From positions 62,744,001-62,808,000 of the forward strand of contig CM097887.1 in NCBI GenBank assembly GCA_044892525.1: a DNA stretch of 64,000 bases, written 5' to 3'. The stretch is from Schmidtea polychroa (taxonomy: Eukaryota). The notes below the pieces were generated by a model that saw nothing but the letters and a program-made list of their open reading frames with translations, was not told the DNA's origin and made no database searches. Made by a program: the position numbers and the translations under genes. Positions within the stretch are counted from its first letter, which is position 1, and every line of letters begins with the position of its first letter. This document shows, in pieces, positions 48,609 through 62,149 of this stretch.

Positions 48609-51600
48609 TCATTTGAAAGGGTTATATTTAAGCCATAAACAAGTACCCATGACAAAAATCGCGCCACCTACTATAAACAGTGACCAATGATAATTATTGT
48701 TGATTTCTTCAATCAAAGATATTGTGGAGGAACTAGGAATATTTGAAATAAGTCTAAAACGTTTCATATTAGTTTCTTCAAGATGCTTAGATAATCTATC
48801 AATGTCTTGTTTATTCTTGAGCTTCCTTTGACAAATGGTTTGCGCTCGAATGCTTTCATTTTCTTTATAACTTAGCTCCTGTATGTTTGAATTTCTGAAA
48901 TAGTTCATTGTCAATAATTGCTAATAATAATTAATATCAAACAAGTAAATGACAAGATAAGCCTGAGCTGCAATATATTTATTAAATGAGAATTTTTTAT
49001 TATGAAATAATCCTTTTCAATCTTTATAAGGAGGATATTCATATATTTATTTAATTATTATTTATATTTAATAAATGACGATGTTTTGCTAAAAATATGA
49101 AAACATTATTTCTCCAACAATTTCTAATGTTGCTTAACCCTTTGAACACGTTAAACGAAAATTAAAATTGAATCTGAAAAATGCAAAATATGTTATGTCT
49201 GTCTCGAATTCTAAATGAATCATTCAAATTCAAACATGGCAATCACAACATAACCAATGATGCAGTTCATTAAGTCTCCAAAAGTATTTACACCAGGAGA
49301 CGATTTAGAAATATTTATTGAGTTGAAAGATTTTTTGAGCTAATGAAAATGTTGGTAGAACTCAAATCAACTTTCGTGAAAACGTTTTTATCAATAGAAG
49401 TAGTAAAGAAATATGAAGAATTAGAACCAGTAAATGAGAAACCTCAAAAGTTTGCCTCAGGTTTGAGCGCTGCTTTATCTTATCGAAAATGTAACGACTC
49501 AGCAGTCGAAGTTTTTTTATCAAAATTAACAAGTTTGTCAAAAATATTTTGAGGCATGATTTAAATAGGAAGATTAAAAATTTATTTTTATTTGCAAGCA
49601 ATGAATTAATATGTAGAATATTTGATAAAACTTCATTTATTACAATTTAGGGCGCGCTATAAAAATATTTAACCTAAAATGGAGTGTTAGTAGTAAAACG
49701 TTACAAATCACGGATTTAGTGTTTGAAAATGGATAAATTTAGGTACTTCCGTGTTATCTTACCCCCAAAAATTAAATTAAAAAGAACACATATAATTATG
49801 ATATTTATTTACTAAATCACAGTTACAAACTCAGCAAATGTTTGTAAAGAGTTTGAAAATGGTCATCCAGGTGGCCAGAAAACCACAATGTCGTTGAGAA
49901 TAGTGTCGAACACATCGGCACTGTTGCTTAGAACACGTTTGCGCCACATAAACTCACATAATCACATAAATCACAGATAGCCTTAATAAATTCATGTTCA
50001 ATAATGTTCAACAACGTCATCATTAATGTATTCTCTCATTTTTTATATTATTTTAATTGTATTTTATAATTTTGGGGGGAAAGATAACACGAAGTACCGA
50101 AATTTAAATAAAATGACTGCAAAAAATATATATAAAATCTTCCTTTTTAAATGGTTATAATGTCATTAGCAAAATGTTTACCGTGTGATATTATCGCGAT
50201 CTCCAGACGTCAGAATTTATTGCATAATAGGTCAGTGGCAACGTAATTGATGTTTCCCCAAATCTATTATAATAAATAGCGTTTTCGGAAATTTTCATGG
50301 TTTTCCAGTTCAATAATTCATAATAATAAAAATTATTATATGTTAATCATTCAACGTTAATGTTTATTAATTGTTGATAATGAATACAGTCAACTCTCTT
50401 ACAATGCGATTAATTCGTACCGCGTTATGTGGAAACCGTGTTATAAGAAAAATTATAAAAAAGATGCATTTTATGGAGATCGCGTTGTGAGAAACATAGA
50501 AATAAGTCAAATCATATTAACTTACATCGAGTTACAAGGAAACCACTGTCACGTTATAAGAAACTGAGAACTAATATAAATTGGATGAATTCCTACCGAG
50601 TTGTATGGAATCGTAGAAATAAATAAATTGTACAAACCTATACAAAAAACTGCATGTTCAAAATACATTATCAGGTTGTAATTAATAAATTAAAAGGAAT
50701 TGTTTATTGATTGTTAATTGCCTAATACGTAATTGAAAATGAGAAAAAAGGGAATTCCCTTTAAATCCCTACTATGTAAAGACAAAAATTTAAATTCAAA
50801 TCATCGAATAAGTGTTACCATAGAAAAATATATTACGTCATTTGAGTTGTTTGAAAGTCCTTGTACGAAAAATGCGTTATAGGGAGATCGCATCGCGTTA
50901 TAGGAAAACAGTCCCAATTTCACTGCGCGTTATAAAAATACCGTGTTGTAGGAGAGTTGATTGTATCAACAATTAATAATAACTAGTTGTAGCCCGTTAA
51001 TATTCACGAAAGTAAAATTATTTGCCTATTTATATTATAATTGCAATAATATATAGATCGATAAAAATAAAATGGTATTGATTGATGACAAATAAATTTA
51101 TTTTTTTTGTCTATTTATATACCAATTCGAATTATAGTATTTCCTTGATTTTAAATTAAATAAAATTGCATCAAAAACCTTCACTGCACTTTAAAAGTTA
51201 CTACTTAAGTATTTAATTTTAAATATTTATTAATAAAATTTCTTATTATAAGAACTTTTATTTCTTCCAATTTCACCACTGATTATTTTATCAATTGAAT
51301 TAAAGAGAGTTTGAAGACTATAAATCAGTAATATATCAATGTTTGTTGATACTCACGAATTTTCGGCACTTCCTTTTTCAAGTGAAAATTTCTGTTATTA
51401 ATCGAACACCGAATCTCATCATAAATCTAGTATTTTTTGATAATATTACGAGTTTTTAAATAAAATTATATTAGAATTATATAAACCAGTGTTTCTCAAA
51501 CTATGGGTCGCGACCCATTTTTGGGTCGCGAAAGAATTTTTGGTGGGTCGCGATGACTTATGGAAAGATCTACAAATATAAATTTTGGAAGTTTAAGCCT

Positions 51601-54600
51601 TTTAAATTTATTTAATCTTTGTCATGTGGGTCGCAATAAAATTTTTGGCATGAAATGTCAAAAATTTGGGTCGTGATCAAAAAAGTTTGAGAACCACTGA
51701 TATAAACAATACACATTGTAACAATACGTTTCTAGACATGGGTTTAGTGGGAATCTTAATTAATTATCTACGATCTAAATCCTGCTAAATCGTATGTTTT
51801 CTCTGACTTGAATATAATCAATTGTGGCAAATATAATAATAAAAAATCAATAGTGAAATAACTAACGATTTATTTTGAATTCCATAAATGGAATCTTTAT
51901 AGAAATTGCTGAACAAGTTCTCAGAATGAGATGTGTCGGAAAGATCACTTTCATCATCTTCATCACTTATTTGATAATAAACAGTATCAGAAGCTGCACT
52001 CTCACTGCTAGATGATGAAAAGAGCTCATATTTATTAATAACATGAGCTTTATCATCACACTGCAAAATGTTAACAAGCACATCAAAAACCGAAATACTC
52101 ACCAATAGATAGGATCCATTTAATTGAGCAGTTGGTTTACATTTGTATTGTTTAAAAGCTTCGATGATAGCTTCATAACTAAATTTTAATTGGAATATAG
52201 AATGAACCATTCCCATTCTGTGCACTCGCAATTCTTCAATTATTTCTGATATTTCCAAATTATCCAGATTGTTATATTTTTCCATCTGTATTTTAAAATA
52301 ATAACATTTTTAACAATATTTTATCAATGGTGAAATTTTGCAATTAATTTTATTTCTGATTATTTGCAAGGATTACGGAATTACATTATTTCACATAAAG
52401 AGTTGTGTTGTAATCCTTCATCAAGAAGTAAAAAGATAAACTTTGACGAATCATTTGTTATATTTACATTTTTTCGATTCCAAATTGTCCATAATACACA
52501 TTTTATTGTATTATATATATATATATATATATAATCATAGTGTAAAACCTCAATATGCAGTACATTGAATTAGTGTTTCCGAACCAAATTTATACGGCAT
52601 ATTTTAAATAATCCCAAGTTATATTAATATTATATAATGTAGCTGCAACAAAGTTGCTGTGATAAATAAATTAATCATTTTGTAACTTTTATATTTGTCA
52701 TTTTATACAGTTTGTATGAATTGAAAAAACATATTCTAGTGCGCCGTTAGACTGTTTTATCGAAACCTATATGAATCTGATATGGTGCATCGAAATAAAA
52801 TCTTTGTCCGAAATTTAAATCTTCAATTTTTGCTTGATAAAAATAATGATTCACTTTCATAAAACCACCGAAAATATCTGTAAATGAAATTAGTTAGTAT
52901 ATAATCATTTAATATTTATAATTTTCTTTCCGTACACTGAATAGGACATATTCCTAGCTAATAATTTATCGATCCTAGTTCAAAATTATAGCTTTAACCC
53001 TTTGACGACGAATTTTAAAAAATGAAATTTCTGTAACTTTAACGATAGAAATCAGGTGTCCTCAATTTCAGAGCACCATGAATTTTTTCTAAGTCTTTTT
53101 CGCTTAGAAATTTTTCACCCATACTGCAAATAAAAAAATAAAAAAGTTGTAACATTGCAGTTGCCACTGTTAGGACATATATGTCCCACTAACTAAATGT
53201 AAGGCAAAAACTATTATTGCATGCAGTTTTATAAAAAAATATAAACATATACACAGAAAAATTAATGTGCTTACCTTTTGATATAAATACTTCCCAAAAT
53301 AAACAATAATGTAGGTATTATAACCACTATTTCACAAAGCACATGCTGTAAACTGTGACAACGAATGAAATAAAATGTTACGTTTGCTAGCCGGCAGAAC
53401 GTATATTAACGAGAATAGACGAAACTAGTCGAAAATACTATAAACATGAGTGGGACAAGCGTTGGTCGTAATAGCACAGAGAATAAGGCATCTATATTTT
53501 TTTTAAATTTGACTGGGACATATATGTCCCGACAGTGGTCAAAGGGTTAAGCAAAAATAAGGTAATTTCTTAAATTTTAGATGTTTATTAATATTATAAT
53601 TAATATTAAAAGAATTGAAAGAATAACTTAATTTGTTTATATATATTATTTTGCAAATTAATAAATATTAAGCAGAACGTAAAGTTCTTCTTTTCTATGA
53701 TTTCTACCTTAATGGCGATTAGTACAAGGCTACTCGAATTGTATATTAAATTGTAAACTAATTTCTTTATAAAGGTCCAGACTTCATTCACATCAGCAAT
53801 AAGAGTCAGGTGCGTAAATAAAACTATCTTTTTCGCTGATAATGGATTGGGAATGTGCAAATTTGGATTTGCAGTAGATGACACTCAATACGTGTTTCCT
53901 GTTGTGGATCAATTGTGTTATGACTGGTATGGGTCTAAAAGATCGCTATGTTGGTGATTAGGCTCAGTCTAAGAGAGGTATTTCAACTTTAAATTATCCA
54001 ATTGAACCGGCATTGTTAGAAATTTGGATGATATGAAAAATATCCGTCATCATACATTTTACAATGAATTGAAAATAGCGCCAGAATAGCATCTAGTTCT
54101 TCTTAACGAAGTGGCACTGAATTCAAAAGATAACAGAGAAATAATGACACAATGATTCCTGAGATGGTGAAACATACTGTCAGTTTATGAAAGTTATGCG
54201 TTATCTCATGAAATTTACAGAATGAATTTGACTTGGAGATTTGACAGATTATTTGATAAAATTAAACAAAGATACTGCAGGAAAATGATTGATTTTATAT
54301 TTATATTTTATAAACAAAATTATTTATCAATTATTTAGTTTTAATTGCAATTTGATCTTTGACTATTTGTATAATGATAAAGTTAAATTGAATTATGATT
54401 AACTAAAAAATCATCAGATCAATGTTTAAAGTCTTTTTTTATAAATTCAGAATACATGAAAAAAATGTTGAGAAATCAAAAATCTATACAAATTCTTACT
54501 TTTAATATCAATAAATCAATTAAACAAAATGTGCCACTTCGACCGGCACCAGCTGAACAATGAATGATAGCAGGATTTTCTGGATAATCGAGTATATTCA

Positions 54601-57600
54601 GTTGACGAACAGTTCCCATAAGAGTGAGAAATGAATACAAACACTTGGGAGCTCTGTGATCAGGCCAAGCCCAAAATTCAAAATGCCATAAGTCATGATA
54701 TACGTCTGTCTAATAAAATGTATCTGTTGAAAATGGTAAAATTGTTGCGTATTTTATTCAAAATTAATTTGGTGATTACAATTGATCCGACCATGATGTG
54801 TTGCTTAATATCAAAATCACAATTCACTTAATAATAACTTTTTAAATTAATAGAACTACAATTACACTTTTAATATAACTCAAACAATAGTTAATAATCA
54901 ATTGGAATCATTGCTACAGAAAAAATAGAAATTCCGCTAATAGATCGGTTTAAAGGAATGTTGATTGTTAAATTTAATTTATAGTTAACTTTCAAATCAA
55001 TTAATTTAAAATTAATTAAATTAAAATGATTGTTTAAATATTCAAAAAAAACATTTTTAAAAAATGAAAAACAATGTTATTCATCTATCTTTCACCATTT
55101 CAATCACTAATCCACATCAAAATATATAAAAAATAAATGTCAATCATTCGAGAAGCTGAAACCTTTTTTTTCAAGTCGAGATCTTTCTGTTGATGACTCT
55201 GATCAGCGACACCTTCTATTCGACCAAAGAAATTTCCCATATCGATTGACAAAAGAAGTTGATGATCAAAGTTTTTCCAGATAAATATTTCAATACTTTT
55301 ACATCATACTATACTGGAGTCGACATGCCCAAATGCGAGTTCATCAACAATATCAGTACAATCCCCAAATCAAGTACCTATGGTTTCTTGAAAACATTAA
55401 CTGCTGGAGCAAATATTTCTATGATCGTTTTCAATAAAAATTTTATGCAAATTAGTTTCGTGTACAGGTAATATAAGACTATTGATGCAAAGTATATATT
55501 GAATAAAATGAAATAATTTTCGATCATAAAAATAATCCTTATCAATTGAAATTTAAAATCGAAAATTATTCCATTTTATTCAATATATAGTTTGCAGTAA
55601 AAGGTTTATATTATCATTTACTTGTTTAATAATTTTAAAAAATAATAATAGTTTAATGTAACTAATTAACTGTATCAGATGAAAGTTATAAATTTTGTAA
55701 ATTAGATTATATATTTTATAATTAGTAATTTAGACAATGAACTATTTGTTAGTAATGTTGCTGCACTCACACAAATTGTATAGTAAAAGATATTACTTTT
55801 AAACATGATGACTTTGAAGGTAGACTGAGTATGAATATAATAATTGATATTTAAAAGATTAGATGTTTATAAGGAAACTCAGATGACGAAACATGAGATA
55901 ACAACCTCATGTTCTCCTATTAATATGAATCCTTGAAGACAACCAATGCAAAATTGAATAATTTATTGAAGAAATGGAGAAATCTGGCATAACAAAAGAT
56001 GCATATCTCCATCGAACACACTGTTGACATGCATTAATAAAAGGATAACGAAAATATAAGACTTTATCTTGATTCTAGATTATTAAATAAATCTTCAGAG
56101 ACAAACTATTTCCAAGTTCTAATATTGAAGAAATCTTAGAAAGCGCAAAATATTTTATCCATGACGATCTTGGTACTGGATTCTATCAGATTGAATTGGA
56201 AGAAAGTTTTAAATTAAAATAATCTTTGCAACGAAATCTGAAAAATACTTCTTTAACAAAATGTTCTTTGGTATAACCATGACATCAGAAATTTTTCAAA
56301 AAATGATGAACAAAGTATTAGAAAAAAAGTTGGAAATTTGCTTTAGTATACTGAGACGAAATATTAATCTTTTTAAAGGATTATGACTCACATATCAGAG
56401 ACAGAACAACTTCATAAAAATAGAAACATCCAAATAGAAAATAATTTTTTCAAATAGTAGTTTTTTAAGAAATAATTGAAATATTTATGAAATTGTAAAT
56501 TAAAGCGGATAAAAAACCGATGCTTCAAACATAAACTCAATTAAAGTTTTCGAAACATCTATTTCATTGCCGTCCAACCTGCCTCACAGTGCATGATTTT
56601 CAGTGGCCCGCCAGAGTGCTTGCTGTTTTGTTCAAAGCACGTTTATTTTTTCATTCCCCTATACAAAATGTTAGCTGCAATTTTAAGCAAAATATATGTT
56701 CAATAACATTTTCTTTCCACATATTGCGACATAAATCAATCGTTTCTAATAGTGGAACATTCGTAAATAGACTACACACATCGAAAGATATCATAAATTC
56801 ATCTGCACTTTTTTTATTCAGCTGTGCAATAAACGTTGAAAATTCAAAACTGTCCTTAGGTTCAAAATCAGTAATCATTAAAAGTTTTAATAACCAATTT
56901 TTGTGTTTTTAAAATTAAATTGATTTTTGTATGATTAAACAAAATGTTTTTTTTAAATTACTTTATGATACAATATTAATACTATTATTAGTTGTTAATT
57001 TGTTTAAATATTATTTTCATTTAGTTGTGATTAATACAATTCCTAGTCTGAAGAAGACTGTTAAACGGTCGAAATATGTTTTATTTTAATATACTTAGTT
57101 GGCGATTTTCTATTATTAATAATTTTATTATTTTTAAGTTTTCTGAAAAACAATATTACGGTACTGCAAATGAAAAAACGACGTAAACCAGAGTATATAT
57201 TAAAACCAGATACGAGCAGCAGAAAGCGAAAAGTTACGGTTACAATATCGACTTTAATAAAGGTTTCAATTTGGATACTGATACTAGTTTTGATAGAATT
57301 GGTACGGTTTTGTCACAGTCAAATGAGAAAGGAAAACAAAAGATAATTTTTCGAAAAGTACTTAATAAACACTAAGTTATTGTATTAAGAAAAAAGAGCT
57401 CTAAGCCGCATCCACTTTACATTAAAATGTAATCATTATTTTTGTGAAAAAACGATTTAAACTTAGAACAGACACTAGAGCTGTTGCGATCATTATAAAA
57501 ACAAAGCAACCAGCTAATTAGTTAGTAGGCATATTTTGACTGATGATTTAATCGCTGCATATAATTTTAAAATATACGGGCGAATAACACCTTGATCACA

Positions 57601-59757
57601 AGGTTAAATTAAAAGGTAGATAAATGAGTTCACTATTTTGAAAATGTCGTGATTTAATTTAATGGAAAAAACGTTTTGTTCTGAAATAATGCTCTTACTC
57701 TAGGAGCTAGTCTTTTATTTCTAAATATTGATATTTCGAGGAAAGGGTTAGTTCTAGTTCCTATCGAAAGAAACTTGAAAATAGTCATTAAACTAGGAAG
57801 AATCTTCAGATATTTCTTGTGAACGATTAATAAGCCTTTCATTTATTAAGGAGTTGATTTTATACAAGTTTTAGAAACATTTACTATTTTTCAGTCTCAA
57901 TATATTATCAATAATATTTCTAAATTTCTTGAATAAAGGGTCATTGCATAATTATGTCACGCCAAAATCACCATTTTTGACCCCCCACCTACCCTGTCAC
58001 TTTTGGTCACATTTCTGTTGATCCACTCCCCATAGTGACGTCATTTTATTGTTCACAAAATGAGGGTAGACTGCTTGGGTTATTGCTGTAGCGGCAATAA
58101 TTGTTAGTCATCGTTGTCTAGTCAAAGTATCAGCATCACTGTAACATAGTAGCAGAGGAAGATTGTCGCAATAATAATTCTTGTGGTCCATAAAATACAA
58201 CTAGCATGATGTCACATTCAGCTCAACTCATCCACCCATCCATGTCACGTTTTCAATGATATATATGCAGAATTTCACCAACGATGTTTTATTATCTACT
58301 TTTTCTTAAAATTTACCAAATAATCCTTTGTAAATAGTTTTATATATTTTGTGATCAAAGGATTTATATAGTTGATATTATGCGATAAATTTTAATAGTT
58401 GCAAATGGATTTTAATTTGTCTTGATACTAAGTGGATTTTGATATTAAGCGATTTGATATTACAAGAGACCCAATGTATTTTATATTCCTGGCGTTAGTT
58501 ATTATTTTAGATGTACTTGGATTTGGTTTAGAAATTTTTTTATATGATTTTTCAAAATACAGGTAACTCTCGTTCAACGCGGGCAATACGTTCTGGACAT
58601 GATCGTGTTAAGCGAAAAATCGCGATCAAACGAGGGATTTTTGAAAAAAAACATTTAAAGACTCGAAAAACTTTCTATTTATTAAATAAACATTAGAATA
58701 ATAATAAGGCAAATAACATTAAGAATTTTAAAAAAAATACAATGGATAAATTAATAATTTATTCATTTTTCTCGACGTTGTATAAAGGAATCTAGATTCC
58801 CTCGTTTGGCTTCTCTACGTTTATTGCGCAAAATTTGCCGATAACCATCAATCAATGCATTACAGCCACGTTTAACAGCATTTACTCGCTCGTAATCTTC
58901 ATCGTTCTCTTTTAACAACTCCATGCATCGATTGTGAAGAGAAAGGGTCTTTTCGATAGTTTTTACAGTCAAATTTCTGATTGGAATAGGTTTCCTAGGA
59001 GTGTATGACAGTCCATTTCCTGTAGCTCATCATGAGCCAAGGGTTCACCGTGTGATTTTAACAAAGTATGCATATCATCTTCTCTCGAATGCAAAACTAA
59101 ACTAGGTCAAATGTATGTATGTAAATTGTATCTACTAGGAGCCACGTAGCGACGTTATTTTGTCTCACTCACTCTCATGACTTACTATGTACATTTATAT
59201 GCGTGTGAGTGAGCAAGAACATTATGTGTCACTCATTATGGCGATTTATCGCACTACCAAAGCCAGTGTCTGAAATTTTTTTTTGTTAAATTATCGGTCA
59301 CGTTATAACGAATTCGCACTCGCCCGGGTCGCGGTGATATTTATAAATAAAAAAAATCGAAATTACTTCCAAATTGTAAAGCCTTAATTTTCTCTGATAA
59401 AATCCATTAAATGTGCGCACTTCTAAAAGTTTTATTGAAAATATTATTTTCTGATTATCATCCGATCTAATATATAAATCGGTTTCGGTTTTCGGAAAAT
59501 ATGATTCCTAAATTAGATTAATAAACTTAATGTTTTCTAAAAAATGATTAATAATACAGATTCGGATTCCTCGAATTTCCCCAATAATATAATACCGAGA
59601 GATTGAAAATGCCAAACCATCAACCAGAAAAGGTCTCGAGTTCTTGAAGGATATTGAGTTACAATGTAACTTCGTTTATCAATGTTCACTAAAGAGGCAT
59701 TTATATAATCAGAGTTAAAATAAGATGATCTGGGCAATAAAATTCTATTATAATCAT
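48609..59757 (-). CDS. PTPN1/2: PTP1B/TCPTP-like non-receptor tyrosine phosphatase with C-terminal membrane anchor (5' exons not identified)
   Basis: Exons 59757-59558 (DYINAS, RSYIVTQ, FWLMVW), 59507-59367, 54709-54500 (WPDH, HCSAGAGRSGTFCL), 52285-52103 (RMGMVH..QLKFSY), 52060-~51867 (acidic/Ser-rich) and ~48920-48609 (basic stretch plus hydrophobic tail). The last junction is not resolved. Confidence 0.88.
49742..50098 (-). mobile_element. Merlin (IS1016/ISXO2-like) non-autonomous deletion derivative
   Basis: TIR GGTACTTC(C)GTGTTATCTT; 8-bp TSD TAAATTTA/GAAATTTA; retains the transposase C-terminus CEFMWRKR...FDTILNDI..FWP*. Confidence 0.8.
50387..50963. mobile_element. Tigger/pogo-type MITE
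   Basis: TA|CAGTCAACTCTCTTACAA ... TTGTAGGAGAGTTGATTG|TA, with CGCGTTATA subterminal repeats. Confidence 0.88.
51487..51699. mobile_element. hAT MITE, 213 bp
   Basis: TIR CAGTGTTTCTCAAACT / AGTTTGAGAACCACTG; perfect 8-bp TSD ATATAAAC; GGGTCGCG subterminal repeats. Confidence 0.95.
52998..53546. mobile_element. piggyBac non-autonomous element
   Basis: TTAA|CCCTTTGAC ... GTCAAAGGG|TTAA. Confidence 0.85.
56560..57130 (-). mobile_element. Penelope-like element fragment (RT piece plus inverted pLTR-like segment)
   Basis: MISFDVCSLFTNVPLLETI is the Penelope RT signature; a hammerhead-like motif lies on the opposite strand just upstream. Confidence 0.8.
57038..57102 (+). ncRNA. Type I hammerhead ribozyme-like motif
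   Basis: CUGAAGA (57048-57054), stem II GACUG/CGGUC with UUAAA loop, GAAA (57071-57074), stem III AUAU/AUAU; stem I is imperfect. Confidence 0.6.
58560..59330 (-). mobile_element. Tigger/pogo 3' fragment
   Basis: TA|CAGGTAACTCTCGTTCAACGCG end; C-terminal DEDYERVNAVKRG..GYRQIL..LDSFI tail. Confidence 0.65.
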
Positions 59758-59936
59758 CTAAATAAGAAAATATAAATTAAATAACATTAAAAAAAGTAAT
59801 ATTAATTTCAATGTTTAATAAACTAAATGGAACAAAAATCAATTAAAAAAGTTAAGTATTGTGAGGTGTTGAATATTTCAGATAATTTGTCAGAATAGTT
59901 TAAAGCGAATTTCGGCCAAAAAATAATTAAAATTAA

Positions 59937-60176
59937 CCCTCTCCGTATATTTGTCGAATATATTCGACATTAAAGCAAGATGTCACTTCCAGTTTCATAG
60001 GCCATTGCAAAAGTACATCGTTTTCACCGCACATTATGAAAAAGAAAACAGAAAGATGTGTCCCTTTTCCAGCTTTGAATCCATCGGGATGAAGCTGAAG
60101 GCACATTTTGTAACCGTTTTTGTGGGAATAGAACGGGTCACTATAAATATCAGCATTATTTTTTACACGGAGAGGG
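59937..60176. mobile_element. piggyBac MITE, 240 bp
   Basis: TTAA|CCCTCTCCGT ... ACGGAGAGGG|TTAA. Confidence 0.92.
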
Positions 60177-60849
60177 TTAAAAATAAGTTTTAATTGTAAA
60201 ATATAAATTTAAATAAAAAATTTTAATTCGATTTGAATTGAATTTTAATATTGAATTCTTCTGACAAATTGTATTGAGATTGTTTCAAATAACGCCAAAA
60301 TGTTTGTTTGAATATTAAACAATATTGTGATAATGAGTTCAAATACTGAAAGTATTTTTCAAAACAACTTAAACGATGTTCTAGTAACTTATAACAAGTA
60401 TAATAAATGATTTTCATTTGTTAGTATCAGCAAACCTTTTCGGTCGTGGATAAAATTTACCTAAGATTAGATTTTTTAAAACTTCTAGCTGATCAGTGGT
60501 AATTTCATATGAAAGCAATCAAAACAAAATTTTTTTAATCCTAACTAGGCCTTACAAAAATAATTGCTGGGAAAATTTTCTATTTTATATGCAGTTGTTG
60601 ATTGATTTGGAAACTGGTTTACAATTTCGGAGTGAGTAACATAAAATTATGTTTTGGGTCACCTTAGGCCCTAAACATTTAATATTGTTATAGTTCAATC
60701 TGGTTGTATTAATTTTATATTTTAATTGTGATTAAATATAATAAACTTCAATAATTATTGTTGTATTTAAATATTGAAATTAAAGAGTTTTTGAATTAAA
60801 ATTTATTCTTGCAATTAGTGAAATTTGTAATTTATATTCGTAATTTTTC

Positions 60850-62050
60850 GATAGGTTATATAGCGTTTCTCACTTAAAAGAACTATATTAACAAATACAA
60901 AGCCATTTGAAATTAAAACTAGAATAACTAAAAAATAAAAACAATTATAAAAAATATATATCAAAATTTTAACTTTTAAAAAAACCAATCCAATCAACCA
61001 GTGAAATTGATAAAACTCCTAAAACTATTTCATTTTCTAATCCAATTACGGTGTTTCAATTCGCGGCTTTAACATAATTTTTCCCATTTTCCAAAAAAAT
61101 CTTCAATTGTTTTTTAATTGGGGACTGTAAGGTGGTAAAAACATCAAATTATGTCTGTTTCCTGCGATCATACTTCTAATATTTACCATTTTATGAAAAG
61201 CCACATGATTATCTATGATTATTGTAAATTTGTTCATGTATTGTTCATTAATTTTTCTAAAAAGTTCTGATAAAAATTAACAAAATGAATTTCCGTTAAA
61301 AACACTATTTTGAGTTTTAAAATATAATATTCCAAATTTGGATATTGCAGAACATGCAGAACCAATTAAAATTCTGCCATAAGAAATTCTTGAAGAACAA
61401 CTTACGCCAATTTCGTCCAAAAATAATTTTTTCTTCGTTTAAAAAAAGGTATTCTTTTGAATACCCATATCTTCCTTCAATCTTTACATCTGTATTTCTT
61501 TCTTCTGTCAGCAAAACTACTTTTAAATGAATAATTAAAAAAATTTAACGACCTTTCGATTAGTAGCAAAATACAAATTCCTTTCTCGGTTTGATTTGAA
61601 TTTTTAAGTGATTTAATGTAAATAAGTCATCCATTTTACCTTTGGATTTAATTAAAATTTCGATATCAACTTTTATCTTTTTGACTTTTGGTATTCTTCT
61701 TTTAACTAATTCAATTCTACAAAATTTTAAAAAATTCTTTTGACATTTCTTTTGATGATTGCCCTGATTCGTACCTGTTTATTTATTTCTTCTTATTTCG
61801 TCAGTTATTTGGTTCTTTCGTATAATAGTTTCTCCCATGGCAACAAAAAACAAAAAAAATATACTTGAAAACAAATAAATTGTATTAATTAACGAAAATA
61901 GAAAGACATAATTAATTAATAATAATTTTTTTTTCATAATATAGCTTTTTAATTTCTTAAAATATTTTTAGTTTAAATTATAGGTTTTTATTTCTTAATA
62001 TAGTTTTTTCATTTGTTAATATAGTTATTTTAAGTGAGAAACGCTATAAA
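60850..62050 (-). mobile_element. Degraded Tc1/IS630-like element
   Basis: IDNHVAFHK...LMFLPPYSPQL at about 61020-61230; inverted GTTAATATAGTT.TTTTAAGTGAGAAACGCTATA near both ends. Confidence 0.65.
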
Positions 62051-62149
62051 TAGTTTTGATTAAAGCCTGATGATGCATTGATTAATTGTTTAATAAAATT
62101 GGCATGACAAAATTAAATTCAAGTTTTAAAAATGATATTTAATACAATT

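Larger units (their letters stand above)
55850..57600 (+). pseudogene. Heavily degraded Gypsy pol (RT-RNase H), split by a Penelope insertion
   Basis: RLYLDSRLLN, DLGTGFYQIEL before 56560; DTDTSFDRIGTVLSQ, KKEL and LRTD after 57135. Confidence 0.75.

Noticed and set aside
16271-59757. One receptor-type PTP joining the Ig exons to the phosphatase
   Set aside because: On the - strand the Ig exons lie downstream of the PTP stop codon, and the PTP is PTP1B-like with its own tail anchor.
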